A stretch of DNA of 24,986 nucleotides. Source: Thermotogota bacterium (GTDB taxonomy: Bacteria; Thermotogota; Thermotogae; Petrotogales; Petrotogaceae). The position numbers and the translations under genes were made by a program. The notes under the pieces were generated by a model that worked only from the letters and a program-made list of their open reading frames with translations, did no database searches and was not told the DNA's origin. This document shows positions 7,810 to 17,448 of the stretch, piece by piece. The stretch spans positions 1-24,986 of the forward strand of contig JBNJGY010000028.1 in the NCBI GenBank assembly GCA_051748045.1, read 5' to 3'. Numbering within the stretch: the stretch's first letter is position 1; every line of letters begins with the position of its first letter.

Positions 7810-10174
7810 GTTTGATTTTATTTCAACTCGATTTTTGAAGAAAAATAAGAAAAGATCAATATCAATTTTATCTACTATTATAATATCAGTTGCATTAATA
7901 ACAGGGATATTAAACTATGGCCTTTTATATAGAGAGCTAAATTTACAAGAGATGTATAAAAAAACAGGAGAATACCATGGAATAGCTAAAGATATATCTC
8001 AAGAAAAAATAAATAAAATACAATCCAATTTTCAAGTTGAAAAGACTGGAGAGTTTAAAATTTTTGATATTTTGGAAAATAACTCAACTTATTTGAGAAA
8101 AATAAGACTAACTTGGATGGATAAAAAAGCTTTAGAGATAAACAAAATTACAGTCATAAATGGAAAGATGCCTGATAATAAAAATGAAATTTTAATGGAA
8201 AAATGGATGGCGGAATACTTGAACAAAAAACCTGGAGATGAAATAGATTTCAATAATTATTCTTTATTTACTGTTTCTGGAATAATAGAAAACATAACAG
8301 GATCTCGATTAAGAGGAGAAGGGTTGGTAATAACAAAAAATAAAGAATTTATAAAATCAAATAGAGATTTGTTAATTAAAATTAACTCCAACAATATCGA
8401 AAAAGACTTAAATACATTAATGAAAAATTACGATATAAAAGATTATTCTGTAAATTATAGTCTTTTACAATATTTGTCAGAAAGAGATTTATTTAGTTAT
8501 CCAGTTTTATTATTGATAATACTATTATTTTTAGTTTCTACATCTTCTATTATGAGTATATATAACATGTCAATAGTTGAAAGGATCAAAGAAATAGGAA
8601 TGATAAGAGCAATAGGGGGAACAAAAATACAAATCAAAAAAATATTATACAAAGAAAATTTTATTTTAATATTTTTGGGATTACCTTTTGGGTTATTTTT
8701 AGGGCATATACTACCTTATTTTTTTGGAATGATCTTTAAAATAAATATCACATCATTCATAATAAACCCTTATGTAATATTTTCTGTTGTTTTAATGGGA
8801 ATTATATCTGCTTTAATTTCATCACGAAAATCAATTAAAACAGCTTTATCTTTGAGTCCTATGGAAGCAATAAAAAAAGAACCTAATGATGAAAAACAAA
8901 GAATAGTAAATGAGAATTTAATGTCAAAAATATTTTATAAAATTTTTGGAGTTAAAGGAAAAATAGCATATAAAAATTTGAAAAGAAACGGGAAAAAATC
9001 GACAGCTACTATTTTCACTATGGCTTTAATGGTCACTCTTTTTATAACATTTAGTTTTGTTATTAAAAGCATGAATTCATCTTTTGTAGCTTCTCAATAT
9101 GTAAAAGGTGATTTTGAAATAAGGGATGAAAGTAGAGTCCAAAATGCTGGTTTTAGTAAATCACAGGTAGAAGAATTAAGTTATTTTAAGAATATTAAGG
9201 ACATAAAATTGATGAAAAAAACTATAGTAAAATTCCCTTATAATGAAAAAGATATTCCAGAATTTTATAAGACAATGGCAAAAAAAATTACAGAAAATGG
9301 GAAAACATATTATACCTTAAATTCAGATATTTATGGATATTCCAAAAAAATGATCAAAGAAATGGAAAGTTTTTTAGTTTCTGGAGAAATTGATCTAAGC
9401 ATTATGAGTTTGGGAAATTATGTTTTAATACCAAAATCTTATTCAGAGCAGAACAACGTTTCTGTTAACGATGAGATATGGGTATATAATGATGATGAAA
9501 AAATAAAATTTATAGTAGCGGGCATATATAATAAAATTCCATATACCTTTTCATACCACAATATTGGTGAAAGACTAATAATATCTAATAATACATTTTC
9601 AGAAAATTTTAAAGATGATAAATATAAAAAAATTGTAGTTGAAACAAAAGAAGACATAGACAAAAGTGAAATGATATTAGCTCTTTCAGAATTTGCTTCA
9701 AAAGTATCAGGTGGACAAGTTATTTCTTTTCAAGAAGAAGTTGAAAATTTGAACAATCAAGTTAGAATCGTCTCTTTTATAGGTAATTCTGTAATAATAT
9801 CAATTTTAATTCTAAGTATATTTAGTTTATCTAATACTATAAACACAAATATTCTTTTAAGAACAAGAGAACTCGGTTCTATGAGGGCACTTGGGTTGGA
9901 TAAAAAAGGTTTAAAAACCTTAATTTCTATTGAAGGATTATCATTTGGATTAATAGCTTCTTTTTGGGGAATAATTTTTGGCAGCATATTTGGAGTGGCA
10001 TGGTTTGCATTGATGAGAATAACACAAGATGCCTTCTTAATTTTTAAAGTTCCCTATTTATATCTCATTTTGACTCCAATAGTGGTAATTTTTTTAGGTT
10101 ATTTAATCACCTTGATTTCAATACAAACAATAAATAAAAAACCAATAATTGAAATGGTAAAAAATAATGAATGA
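7802..10174 (+). CDS. ABC transporter permease, FtsX/MacB-like with two permease domains
   Basis: Duplicated architecture with ERIKEIGMIRAIG and RTRELGSMRALG, and large extracytoplasmic loops; start overlaps the end of the ATPase gene. Confidence 0.9.
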   Translation: MAKFDFISTRFLKKNKKRSISILSTIIISVALITGILNYGLLYRELNLQEMYKKTGEYHGIAKDISQEKINKIQSNFQVEKTGEFKIFDILENNSTYLRKIRLTWMDKKALEINKITVINGKMPDNKNEILMEKWMAEYLNKKPGDEIDFNNYSLFTVSGIIENITGSRLRGEGLVITKNKEFIKSNRDLLIKINSNNIEKDLNTLMKNYDIKDYSVNYSLLQYLSERDLFSYPVLLLIILLFLVSTSSIMSIYNMSIVERIKEIGMIRAIGGTKIQIKKILYKENFILIFLGLPFGLFLGHILPYFFGMIFKINITSFIINPYVIFSVVLMGIISALISSRKSIKTALSLSPMEAIKKEPNDEKQRIVNENLMSKIFYKIFGVKGKIAYKNLKRNGKKSTATIFTMALMVTLFITFSFVIKSMNSSFVASQYVKGDFEIRDESRVQNAGFSKSQVEELSYFKNIKDIKLMKKTIVKFPYNEKDIPEFYKTMAKKITENGKTYYTLNSDIYGYSKKMIKEMESFLVSGEIDLSIMSLGNYVLIPKSYSEQNNVSVNDEIWVYNDDEKIKFIVAGIYNKIPYTFSYHNIGERLIISNNTFSENFKDDKYKKIVVETKEDIDKSEMILALSEFASKVSGGQVISFQEEVENLNNQVRIVSFIGNSVIISILILSIFSLSNTINTNILLRTRELGSMRALGLDKKGLKTLISIEGLSFGLIASFWGIIFGSIFGVAWFALMRITQDAFLIFKVPYLYLILTPIVVIFLGYLITLISIQTINKKPIIEMVKNNE

Positions 10175-10199
10175 GATTTACTCATTCATTATTTCTTTT
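10162..10199 (+). terminator. Hairpin/terminator overlapping the permease stop codon
   Basis: AAATAATGAATGAG-ATTTA-CTCATTCATTATTT 14-bp stem followed by CTTTT. Confidence 0.6.
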
Positions 10200-10233
10200 A
10201 TTGTATAATTAAAATTGAGTGGGGGTGAAATAT

Positions 10234-10914
10234 ATGAAAATATTGTTAGTTGAAGACGATGATTCTTTAGCAACAGGGATTATGTATGCTCTGGGGAAAG
10301 AGAATTGGAAAATAGAGTCAGTTATTAATAAGAAACAAGCTTTGGAAAAGATAAACAATAATTCTTATGATTTCTTTTTGTTAGATATTATGTTACCTGA
10401 TGGGAATGGGTTTGAGATTTGTGAACACATAAGAAAAGAAAAAGATTCTCCAATAATATTTTTAACAGCGAGAGATGAAGAGGTAAACATCATAAAAGGT
10501 TTAGATATGGGGGCAGATGATTATATAACAAAACCTTTTAGTATAGGAGAACTTACTTCACGAATAAAAGCTATTTATAGAAGAGTTAATAATAAAAATA
10601 ATGATTTATTAGATTTTGGCAATATTAGAATTAACTTAAGTAAACAAGAAGTAAAAAGAAACGGAGAATTAGTAAAGTTAACTCCTACAGAGTTTAAAAT
10701 TTTGAATATTTTATGTTTAAACAGTTTAAAAGTTATGTCTAAAGAAAAAATCATACAGTCATTATATGATGCTGTAGATGAAATGTATGATGAAAATACG
10801 CTTTCTGTGTATATAAGAAGGTTAAGAGAAAAAATTGAAGAAAATCCATCAAAACCAAAATTAATAAAAACAATTCGAGGTTTGGGGTATAAATTTGATA
10901 AAAGGAGAGTGTGA
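10234..10914 (+). CDS. OmpR/PhoB-family response regulator
   Basis: MKILLVEDD, LLDIMLPDGNG, FLTARD, GADDYITKPF, and wHTH VYIRRLREKIE...IKTIRGLGY. Confidence 0.95.
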   Translation: MKILLVEDDDSLATGIMYALGKENWKIESVINKKQALEKINNNSYDFFLLDIMLPDGNGFEICEHIRKEKDSPIIFLTARDEEVNIIKGLDMGADDYITKPFSIGELTSRIKAIYRRVNNKNNDLLDFGNIRINLSKQEVKRNGELVKLTPTEFKILNILCLNSLKVMSKEKIIQSLYDAVDEMYDENTLSVYIRRLREKIEENPSKPKLIKTIRGLGYKFDKRRV

Positions 10915-10915
10915 T

Positions 10916-12130
10916 ATGTCAGATTTAATAAACTATAAAAATAGAAATTTAATTTCTATTTTGATTATATTCTATGTAATAATAACATTTTCTATTTTTT
11001 TTAGTTATAGTAAATCAATGGAAAATATAATTAAAAATAGAGATTTATATATAATAAATAATCTGGCTGAAAAAAATCCTGAAATAGAAACAGAAATAGT
11101 TAATACTTTTAAAAATGCACAAAGATCAAACAATACAGATATTATAAATAATTATAATATTTCTGAAGAATACTCTTTCCAAAATGAAGGTTTCAATGCT
11201 CAAAGAAATAAATCTATTTTTTATTTAATTATAATTTCAACATTTATTGGAATTATTATATTCATATTTCAAGACAAAGTGTTTAAAGATATAGAAAAGA
11301 AGTTATATAAATTGATTCATTACATTGATAAAGCGATGAATTTAGAATTTGAATTTTTAGATGAAAAAAATGAAGAGGGGGCTATTTATCTTTTATATAC
11401 GCAATTTAACCTGATGGCAAGAAGGTACAATAATAATTTAGAGAAAATGAAAGAAAATCATCATTATTTAAAAGATCTTATATATAACCTGTCTCACCAA
11501 TTAAAAACTCCGATATCTTCTATAAAAATCTTCAATGAAATTATGATAGATGAAAAGGATTATAAGGAAGAAAAAACAGAAGAATTTTTATTAAAATCTA
11601 AAAAACAAATAAACAAAATTGAATGGATAATTAAGAAAATGTTTGAAATTTCAAAAATAGAAAACGATGACATAAGGTTTAAAAAAGAACTAGTGAATTT
11701 AAATGATTTAATAGAAGAAATAATAATAAATTTTCAGCATATAATTTCTGACAAGAATCTCCAAATAATCTATGATGTAAAATCAAATGCAGATATTTTA
11801 TTAGATAAAAACATGATAAAAGAAGCACTTTCAAATGTAATTGAAAATGCTTTAAAATATTCTTTTAAAAATGAAAATATTATTCTATCAGTTTTTGAAG
11901 AAAAATCTAATCTTATTTTTTCTGTTAAAGATAAAGGAATAATTATAGAAAGCTCATTTAATAAAATATTTTCAAAATTCTATAGAAGTAAAGATGCAAA
12001 AACTAAAAATCCTGAGGGAACAGGATTAGGATTAGCTTTTGCAAAGGTTACTATAGAAAAAAATAATGGTGAAATAAGTTATAAATCAAATCCAGATTGT
12101 ACTGAATTCATAATTAAGTTTCAAAAATAA
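10916..12130 (+). CDS. Sensor histidine kinase (two TM helices, HisKA, HATPase)
   Basis: H-box LSHQLKTPIS, N-box NVIENALKY, F-box IFSKFYR, G2 GTGLGL. Confidence 0.92.
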   Translation: MSDLINYKNRNLISILIIFYVIITFSIFFSYSKSMENIIKNRDLYIINNLAEKNPEIETEIVNTFKNAQRSNNTDIINNYNISEEYSFQNEGFNAQRNKSIFYLIIISTFIGIIIFIFQDKVFKDIEKKLYKLIHYIDKAMNLEFEFLDEKNEEGAIYLLYTQFNLMARRYNNNLEKMKENHHYLKDLIYNLSHQLKTPISSIKIFNEIMIDEKDYKEEKTEEFLLKSKKQINKIEWIIKKMFEISKIENDDIRFKKELVNLNDLIEEIIINFQHIISDKNLQIIYDVKSNADILLDKNMIKEALSNVIENALKYSFKNENIILSVFEEKSNLIFSVKDKGIIIESSFNKIFSKFYRSKDAKTKNPEGTGLGLAFAKVTIEKNNGEISYKSNPDCTEFIIKFQK

Positions 12131-12651
12131 AGCACTAAATGAATATCTTCAGGTTCTCTTTTAAAAAGCCTATCGTTAGTATCATCAACGAGTTTTGCTC
12201 CATTTTTAAAATAAAAATTAACAGTATGTTTTGAAGGAGTGGCTGAAATATAAAGCCCTTTGGCTCCTTTTGATTTAGCAAAATCTTTTGCTTTTTTCAA
12301 AAGTCTAGAACCAATTCTCTTACCTCTAATTTTACTAGTTACATACAAAACATCTAAGTTCATTAATTCATTATGATCTTTTAAAAATCTGTTTTCTACA
12401 GCAGAAATACCAACAAGTTTTCCTTTATTGAAAGCTCCATAAACAAGCCCATTATTATCAAATATCTTCTTAATTCGAGGTATTATATGAGGCACTTCTT
12501 CTTGTTGCCACCACTCATTTGTAGCTCCATAATCTTCATTTCTTAAAACGAGTTTTCCATTTTCATGATAATATACTTTATGTACTCTTTCATCTCTATT
12601 TATCTCTTTTATTTTTTCAATTTCATCTTTTTTTAGATTTCTAAACTCCAT
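12121..12651 (-). CDS. GNAT-family N-acetyltransferase
   Basis: LYVTSKIRGKRIGSRLL acetyl-CoA motif A, YISATPS..TVNFY; convergent 10-bp overlap with the kinase gene. Confidence 0.88.
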   Translation of the reverse strand: MEFRNLKKDEIEKIKEINRDERVHKVYYHENGKLVLRNEDYGATNEWWQQEEVPHIIPRIKKIFDNNGLVYGAFNKGKLVGISAVENRFLKDHNELMNLDVLYVTSKIRGKRIGSRLLKKAKDFAKSKGAKGLYISATPSKHTVNFYFKNGAKLVDDTNDRLFKREPEDIHLVLYF

Positions 12652-12722
12652 AATACACCTCTTTTAATTTAAAAAATAAAAATGTTATAATTTTAATGAA
12701 CTCTAAAGGGGGGTGCTTGGTT

Positions 12723-13760
12723 ATGTACGAAAATCAATTTGAAAGCAAGGATTATTTTCAAAAAGTCAAAGAAATGAAAATCCGTTTAAATGGTTCTGAT
12801 CTTGTAATAAAACAAGGTGAGCAAAATCAATATTGCCACACTTACGAAACAAATTCTGAAAAAATTCCTTCAACTAAATTATACAATGAAAACGAGATAT
12901 TTGAGTATGAAGAGTTGAAAGATGTTAGTTTAAATGGGAAAGGAATGTTAGAGATTATTCTTGGAGATCTTCCAGAAACGATTACTATAATAAGTGAAAG
13001 TGGGGATGTCTTTATAGATGAAATGAAACTTGGAGCTGTAGAAACAGAAGTGAAATCTGGAGATATAAAAGGGAAAAATTTAAAAATAAACCATGTAGAT
13101 TTTAAAACCTTTTCAGGTGATATAAAAATTCAAGGCTATTTGGATTCAGATGTAAAGATAAATCTTCAAACAAAATCTGGTGACATAAAAGTAGATAAAA
13201 TAGGTTCTCCTATGATAAATTGTGAAAGTGATTCAGGAGATATAAAATTAACTGAATGTAATTCTACAGATACTATAAACATAAGCTCCAAATCAGGTGA
13301 CTTGAAATTTGACAATTTCATAGAAGGGAAAGGAATCACCTTAACTACAGCAAGTGGTTCTATTAAATCAAAAAGGATTAAATCGACCAAATCATCTATT
13401 TCAGCAAACTCTGGAGATGTGAAATTTGAAGAATTGGAAACCGAAAAAACTGAAATTGCAACAACATCAGGAGAGGTCAAAATAAATAACCCTAATTCAG
13501 ATGATATAACTATCACAACAAAATCTGGAGAGATCAAATTATCTAATTACGACGTTGAAAAAGGAACTTACATAACAATTTCAGGCGAAATTAAAATATA
13601 TACAAAAGATGAAGATTACAAAATAATAGCAGAAACAAAAACGGGTGAGATAAATATTTTTAAGAAAGACTATTATGAAAATGCTTTATTTGGAGAATCG
13701 GATAGAGAAATTAAAGCAAGAACCACATCAGGAGAAATAAAAATTTCAGTTAAAAAATAA
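12723..13760 (+). CDS. DUF4097-family beta-strand repeat protein
   Basis: About 13 repeats of (T/S)x(S/T)G(D/E)(I/V)K at roughly 19-23 aa spacing; ATG 12723 follows GGGGGGTG. Confidence 0.8.
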   Translation: MYENQFESKDYFQKVKEMKIRLNGSDLVIKQGEQNQYCHTYETNSEKIPSTKLYNENEIFEYEELKDVSLNGKGMLEIILGDLPETITIISESGDVFIDEMKLGAVETEVKSGDIKGKNLKINHVDFKTFSGDIKIQGYLDSDVKINLQTKSGDIKVDKIGSPMINCESDSGDIKLTECNSTDTINISSKSGDLKFDNFIEGKGITLTTASGSIKSKRIKSTKSSISANSGDVKFEELETEKTEIATTSGEVKINNPNSDDITITTKSGEIKLSNYDVEKGTYITISGEIKIYTKDEDYKIIAETKTGEINIFKKDYYENALFGESDREIKARTTSGEIKISVKK

Positions 13761-13764
13761 AAAT

Positions 13765-13794
13765 ATTGGCAGCTTAAAAGCTGCCAATTTTTTT
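13765..13794. terminator. Bidirectional rho-independent terminator
   Basis: ATTGGCAGCTT-AA-AAGCTGCCAAT with a T tract on + and an A-rich flank upstream, between convergent genes. Confidence 0.88.
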
Positions 13795-13798
13795 ATAA

Positions 13799-15016
13799 TT
13801 ATTCCCAATCTAACCAAGAAGGTACTTCCCATGTTCCTGTTTTGTATTCAAGAGGCCATACAGCTCTCCATTCATCGTCTGATTGCCATTGGTAGATAAT
13901 ACCTTGTGCACCATTTCCACCATATACTAAATCATGATTTTCTGTGAACATTACAGGAGAAACACCTTTTTCTCCCCCTAATGGGAACTCTACTTCTTCA
14001 ATTGCTGCAATAACTTTATCTTTGTTGTCCCAATCTGATTTATCCATGCTTTCTAATGCTTCTTGTAATACATATAAAGAATTATAAGCTGGGAAAGCTA
14101 TGAAACCAGGTGCTGTTCCAAATCTTTCTTTGAATTCAGCAAACCAATCTAAAGTATTTTCTGTTAATGGAGCAGGGCCACCATTTGGATAAGCAGAAGT
14201 TTCATAAGTAGCCTTACCATTTGTTTGTTCTAAAAATTCAGGTTTTAAAGCTGGAGCAATAGCACCAACAATTGCTGCATCAACTTTTAAGTCTTGCCAT
14301 TGTTTTGTGAATTGAATTCCATCAGCTGTAACTATAGCATCAATTATAACTTGAGCACCAGCATCTTCTGCTTTACTGAAAGATGCTGAGAAATCAGAAT
14401 GACCTATAGGGAAATAATCTTCATAAACTATTTCTACACCTGCATCTTCTGCAATTTTTACAGCTTCTTCAACAATTTGTTTTGAATAAACCAAATCAAG
14501 AGAAATAATCGCTGCTTTATCAATTCCATACTCTGGAACAAGGTAATTTGCTATGAATTCTCCTATAGATTTACCTTGAGAATAAGAATCTAAAGTACCA
14601 ACTCTGAAATAATATTTATATTTGTTAAAATTTTCTGCGATTTTTTTAGTAACATCTGGAGAAGCTGCTCCTGTTCCTAACCAAATTAATTTATATCTAG
14701 CCATAGTATCCATAGAAGATAAAACAGCACCACTTCCAACTCCACCAATTAAATAGTCTACTTGATCTCTTGTAACAAGTTTAGTAATACCAGAAATCAT
14801 TTTTGATGCAGTGTCTTCATCATCAACAAAAACTAATTCGATCTTTTCCCCGTTAATTCCACCGTTTGCATTTATTTCTTCCGCAGCCATAGTAACTGAT
14901 TGTTCAATCCATTCTCCGTTTTCAGTTTGAAGAGGAGCTGTTACCCCAACTTTTATAACTGCAAATAAAGATAAAGAAACTAAAATAGCAATAACTACCA
15001 ATAAACTCTTTTTCAC
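13799..15016 (-). CDS. livK: LIV-family (HAAT) ABC transporter substrate-binding protein
   Basis: Signal peptide MKKSLLVV...FA; AAEEINANGGINGEKIELVFVDD and YYFRVG typical of periplasmic binding protein type 1. Confidence 0.85.
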   Translation of the reverse strand: MKKSLLVVIAILVSLSLFAVIKVGVTAPLQTENGEWIEQSVTMAAEEINANGGINGEKIELVFVDDEDTASKMISGITKLVTRDQVDYLIGGVGSGAVLSSMDTMARYKLIWLGTGAASPDVTKKIAENFNKYKYYFRVGTLDSYSQGKSIGEFIANYLVPEYGIDKAAIISLDLVYSKQIVEEAVKIAEDAGVEIVYEDYFPIGHSDFSASFSKAEDAGAQVIIDAIVTADGIQFTKQWQDLKVDAAIVGAIAPALKPEFLEQTNGKATYETSAYPNGGPAPLTENTLDWFAEFKERFGTAPGFIAFPAYNSLYVLQEALESMDKSDWDNKDKVIAAIEEVEFPLGGEKGVSPVMFTENHDLVYGGNGAQGIIYQWQSDDEWRAVWPLEYKTGTWEVPSWLDWE

Positions 15017-15028
15017 AATAAATCCCTC

Positions 15029-15736
15029 CTATAATCCTAAGTATGCACTCTTAATAGAGTCATTATTTTTTAATTCATCAGAACTACCTTCGAAAATTAT
15101 ACGACCATGTTCAAAAATTGAAATCTTATCTGCAATAGGCATTACCATAGTCGCATCTTGTTCAACTAATAAAATAGTTTTTCCTGTTTCTCTTATCTTC
15201 TTTATTCCATTAAAAATCTGTTCTTTTATAATTTGTGCAAGCCCCATAGAAGGTTCGTCTAACAACAATATTTTCGGGTCCATCATCAAAGCTCTTCCAA
15301 TAGCGAGCATTTGTTGTTCTCCACCACTCATGGTTCCTGCTTTTTGAGAAAATCTTTCTTTTAACCTTGGGAATATCTCATAAACAAAATTTAGATTTTC
15401 TTCTTTTCTTGATTCATCAGAAAAAATTGTAGCTATGGTTAAATTTTCATTTACAGTCAAATCAGGGAATAATCTTCTATTTTCTGGAGAAAGAGAAATA
15501 CCTTTTCTGGCAATTTTATATGTGTCCATACCTTTTATGCTTTCTCCTAAGAATTTTATTTCACCTGCAGTTGGAACAACAGTTCCAGTTATAGTTTTAA
15601 GTAATGTTGATTTACCAGCTCCATTTGGTCCTAAAACAGCATGGCATTCGCCATCTTTTACTTCTAAACTCATATTTTCTAAAACAACAGCTTTACCATA
15701 TCCAGCAGTAACTTCATCTATTTTAAGAATTGACAA
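15029..15736 (-). CDS. livF: LIV-family ABC ATPase
   Basis: GPNGAGKSTL, SPENRRLFPDLTVNENL, MSGGEQQMLAIGRALM, LLDEPSMGLA, LLVEQ; TTG start follows AAGGTGGTG. Confidence 0.92.
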   Translation of the reverse strand: MSILKIDEVTAGYGKAVVLENMSLEVKDGECHAVLGPNGAGKSTLLKTITGTVVPTAGEIKFLGESIKGMDTYKIARKGISLSPENRRLFPDLTVNENLTIATIFSDESRKEENLNFVYEIFPRLKERFSQKAGTMSGGEQQMLAIGRALMMDPKILLLDEPSMGLAQIIKEQIFNGIKKIRETGKTILLVEQDATMVMPIADKISIFEHGRIIFEGSSDELKNNDSIKSAYLGL

Positions 15737-16478
15737 TGTCGCCACCACCTTTACCAAGATAAGATTCGATAACCTTTTGATTATTAACTATTTCATTTGG
15801 AGTTCCTTCGGCTATCATTTTTCCATAATCAATAGCGATTATTCTGTTAACTAAAGCCATAAACTCTTTTAGTCTGTGTTCTATTAGGACAATTGTTGTA
15901 TTTCTTTCTTCATTAGCTTTAATAATAACTTTTGAGATTGGGTCTATTTCAGAAATTGTTAGACCAGCGAAAGGTTCATCCAAAAGCAAAACATCTGGTT
16001 TTACAGATAAAGCCTTTGCAACTTCAAGTTTTTTCAAATAACCTTGCGGCAACATTTCAGAATCTGTATATAATACTTCTCTCAATTCACAAATATCTGC
16101 TATATATTCAATCCATTTATTTCTATCAGTTTCTGATTTTAATTCATCTTTCATTCTTGGAGTTAGAGTTGTAACCTTTAAATTTTCAAAAACAGTTAAA
16201 TCTTTAAAAGGTTTAACAATTTGAAAAGTTCTAACTAAACCTTTATTTGCAATTTTCTCTGGAGATTGACCAATTATATTTTCATTATTAAATAAAATAG
16301 ATCCTTCATCGGGTTTAATAAAACCAGAAATTTGGTTAAACAGTGTTGTTTTTCCAGCTCCATTTGGACCTAAGATTCCAAATCTTTCACCTTTTTTTAC
16401 TGTGAAGTTTATATCATTAGTAGCAGTTAATCCCCCAAATCTTTTAATAAGATTTTTGACTTGTAAAATATCACTCAT
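15723..16478 (-). CDS. livG: LIV-family ABC ATPase
   Basis: KRFGGLTA, GPNGAGKTTLFN, RTFQ, LLLDEPFAGL, IEH, GTPNEI...VIESYLG. Confidence 0.92.
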   Translation of the reverse strand: MSDILQVKNLIKRFGGLTATNDINFTVKKGERFGILGPNGAGKTTLFNQISGFIKPDEGSILFNNENIIGQSPEKIANKGLVRTFQIVKPFKDLTVFENLKVTTLTPRMKDELKSETDRNKWIEYIADICELREVLYTDSEMLPQGYLKKLEVAKALSVKPDVLLLDEPFAGLTISEIDPISKVIIKANEERNTTIVLIEHRLKEFMALVNRIIAIDYGKMIAEGTPNEIVNNQKVIESYLGKGGGDIVNS

Positions 16479-17436
16479 TTTCATCACCTCTTAATTTAGG
16501 GGCTACGTTCTTTTTATGTTTTGGTTTCAATATATTTCCAAGAGTTTTGAAAACACCTTTTGGTAAAAATAAAACTGAAAGCATTAAAATAACAGTATAA
16601 ATAATATGGTTCCATTGTCCTAACCCTCTTAATAATTCTGTTAATAAAGAAATGAAAAATCCTCCTAAAGCAGCAGGAATAATACCTCCAATTCCACCTA
16701 CAACAGCCATTATTAAGGTGTTCAAAGATAAAGGATAAACAATATCAGGTCCTACATATCCATAAAAATGCCCCATAACAGTCCCTGCCATACCAGCAAA
16801 CATAGCAGATAAAGCAAAAGCAGAAACTTTATATTTTGTAGTTTTGATTCCAAGAGCTTTTGCAGCATCTTCATCTGATTGTATTGATTTTAAGATCAAC
16901 CCAAAATTGGATTTACCAATAATAAAAAGTATTAATACTGAAATAACTGAGAAAATCAACATAAAATAATAATCAGTAGTAGGTCCAGCAGTTAAAAAAG
17001 GAATTCCAAAAATACCTTCTTCACCGCCAGTGAATTCTGAATAAGAAATAGTCAAATTTTCAAATATTGAAGCCACTGCCAAAGAAGCCAAAGCAAAATA
17101 AGGCCCTTTTAACCTAAGTGTTGGAACACCTATTGCGACACCAAAAAGAGCAGAAGCTACAGCTGCCATAGGTATAGAAAACCACGGTTGAACTGAAAAA
17201 GCTGTTGAAACAAAACCAAGAAGATAAGCTCCAATAGCAACAAACGCAGCGTGTCCCATGTTTTCTTTTCCTGTGAACCCAGATAAAATATCCCAACTAC
17301 CAGCATAAACTGAATAAATAACAGCAATAGATAGTATATTTATAAGATAAAAATCAGAAGATAACACAGGGAAAAGAAAAAGAACTATTAAACCAATAAA
17401 TATTAAAATGAATCTTATATCTTTTAATCTATTCAT
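16471..17436 (-). CDS. livM: LIV-family ABC permease
   Basis: GHAAFVAIGAY, LRLKGPYFALASL, FTGGEEG, EDAAKALGI...YKVSAFALSA. Confidence 0.9.
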   Translation of the reverse strand: MNRLKDIRFILIFIGLIVLFLFPVLSSDFYLINILSIAVIYSVYAGSWDILSGFTGKENMGHAAFVAIGAYLLGFVSTAFSVQPWFSIPMAAVASALFGVAIGVPTLRLKGPYFALASLAVASIFENLTISYSEFTGGEEGIFGIPFLTAGPTTDYYFMLIFSVISVLILFIIGKSNFGLILKSIQSDEDAAKALGIKTTKYKVSAFALSAMFAGMAGTVMGHFYGYVGPDIVYPLSLNTLIMAVVGGIGGIIPAALGGFFISLLTELLRGLGQWNHIIYTVILMLSVLFLPKGVFKTLGNILKPKHKKNVAPKLRGDENE

Positions 17437-17448
17437 AAAACCACCCTT

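Noticed and set aside
12990-13745. Recurring TC(A/T)GG(A/T)GA nucleotide repeats resembling a spaced array
   Set aside because: They encode the SG(D/E) protein repeats of DUF4097; this is not a CRISPR array.
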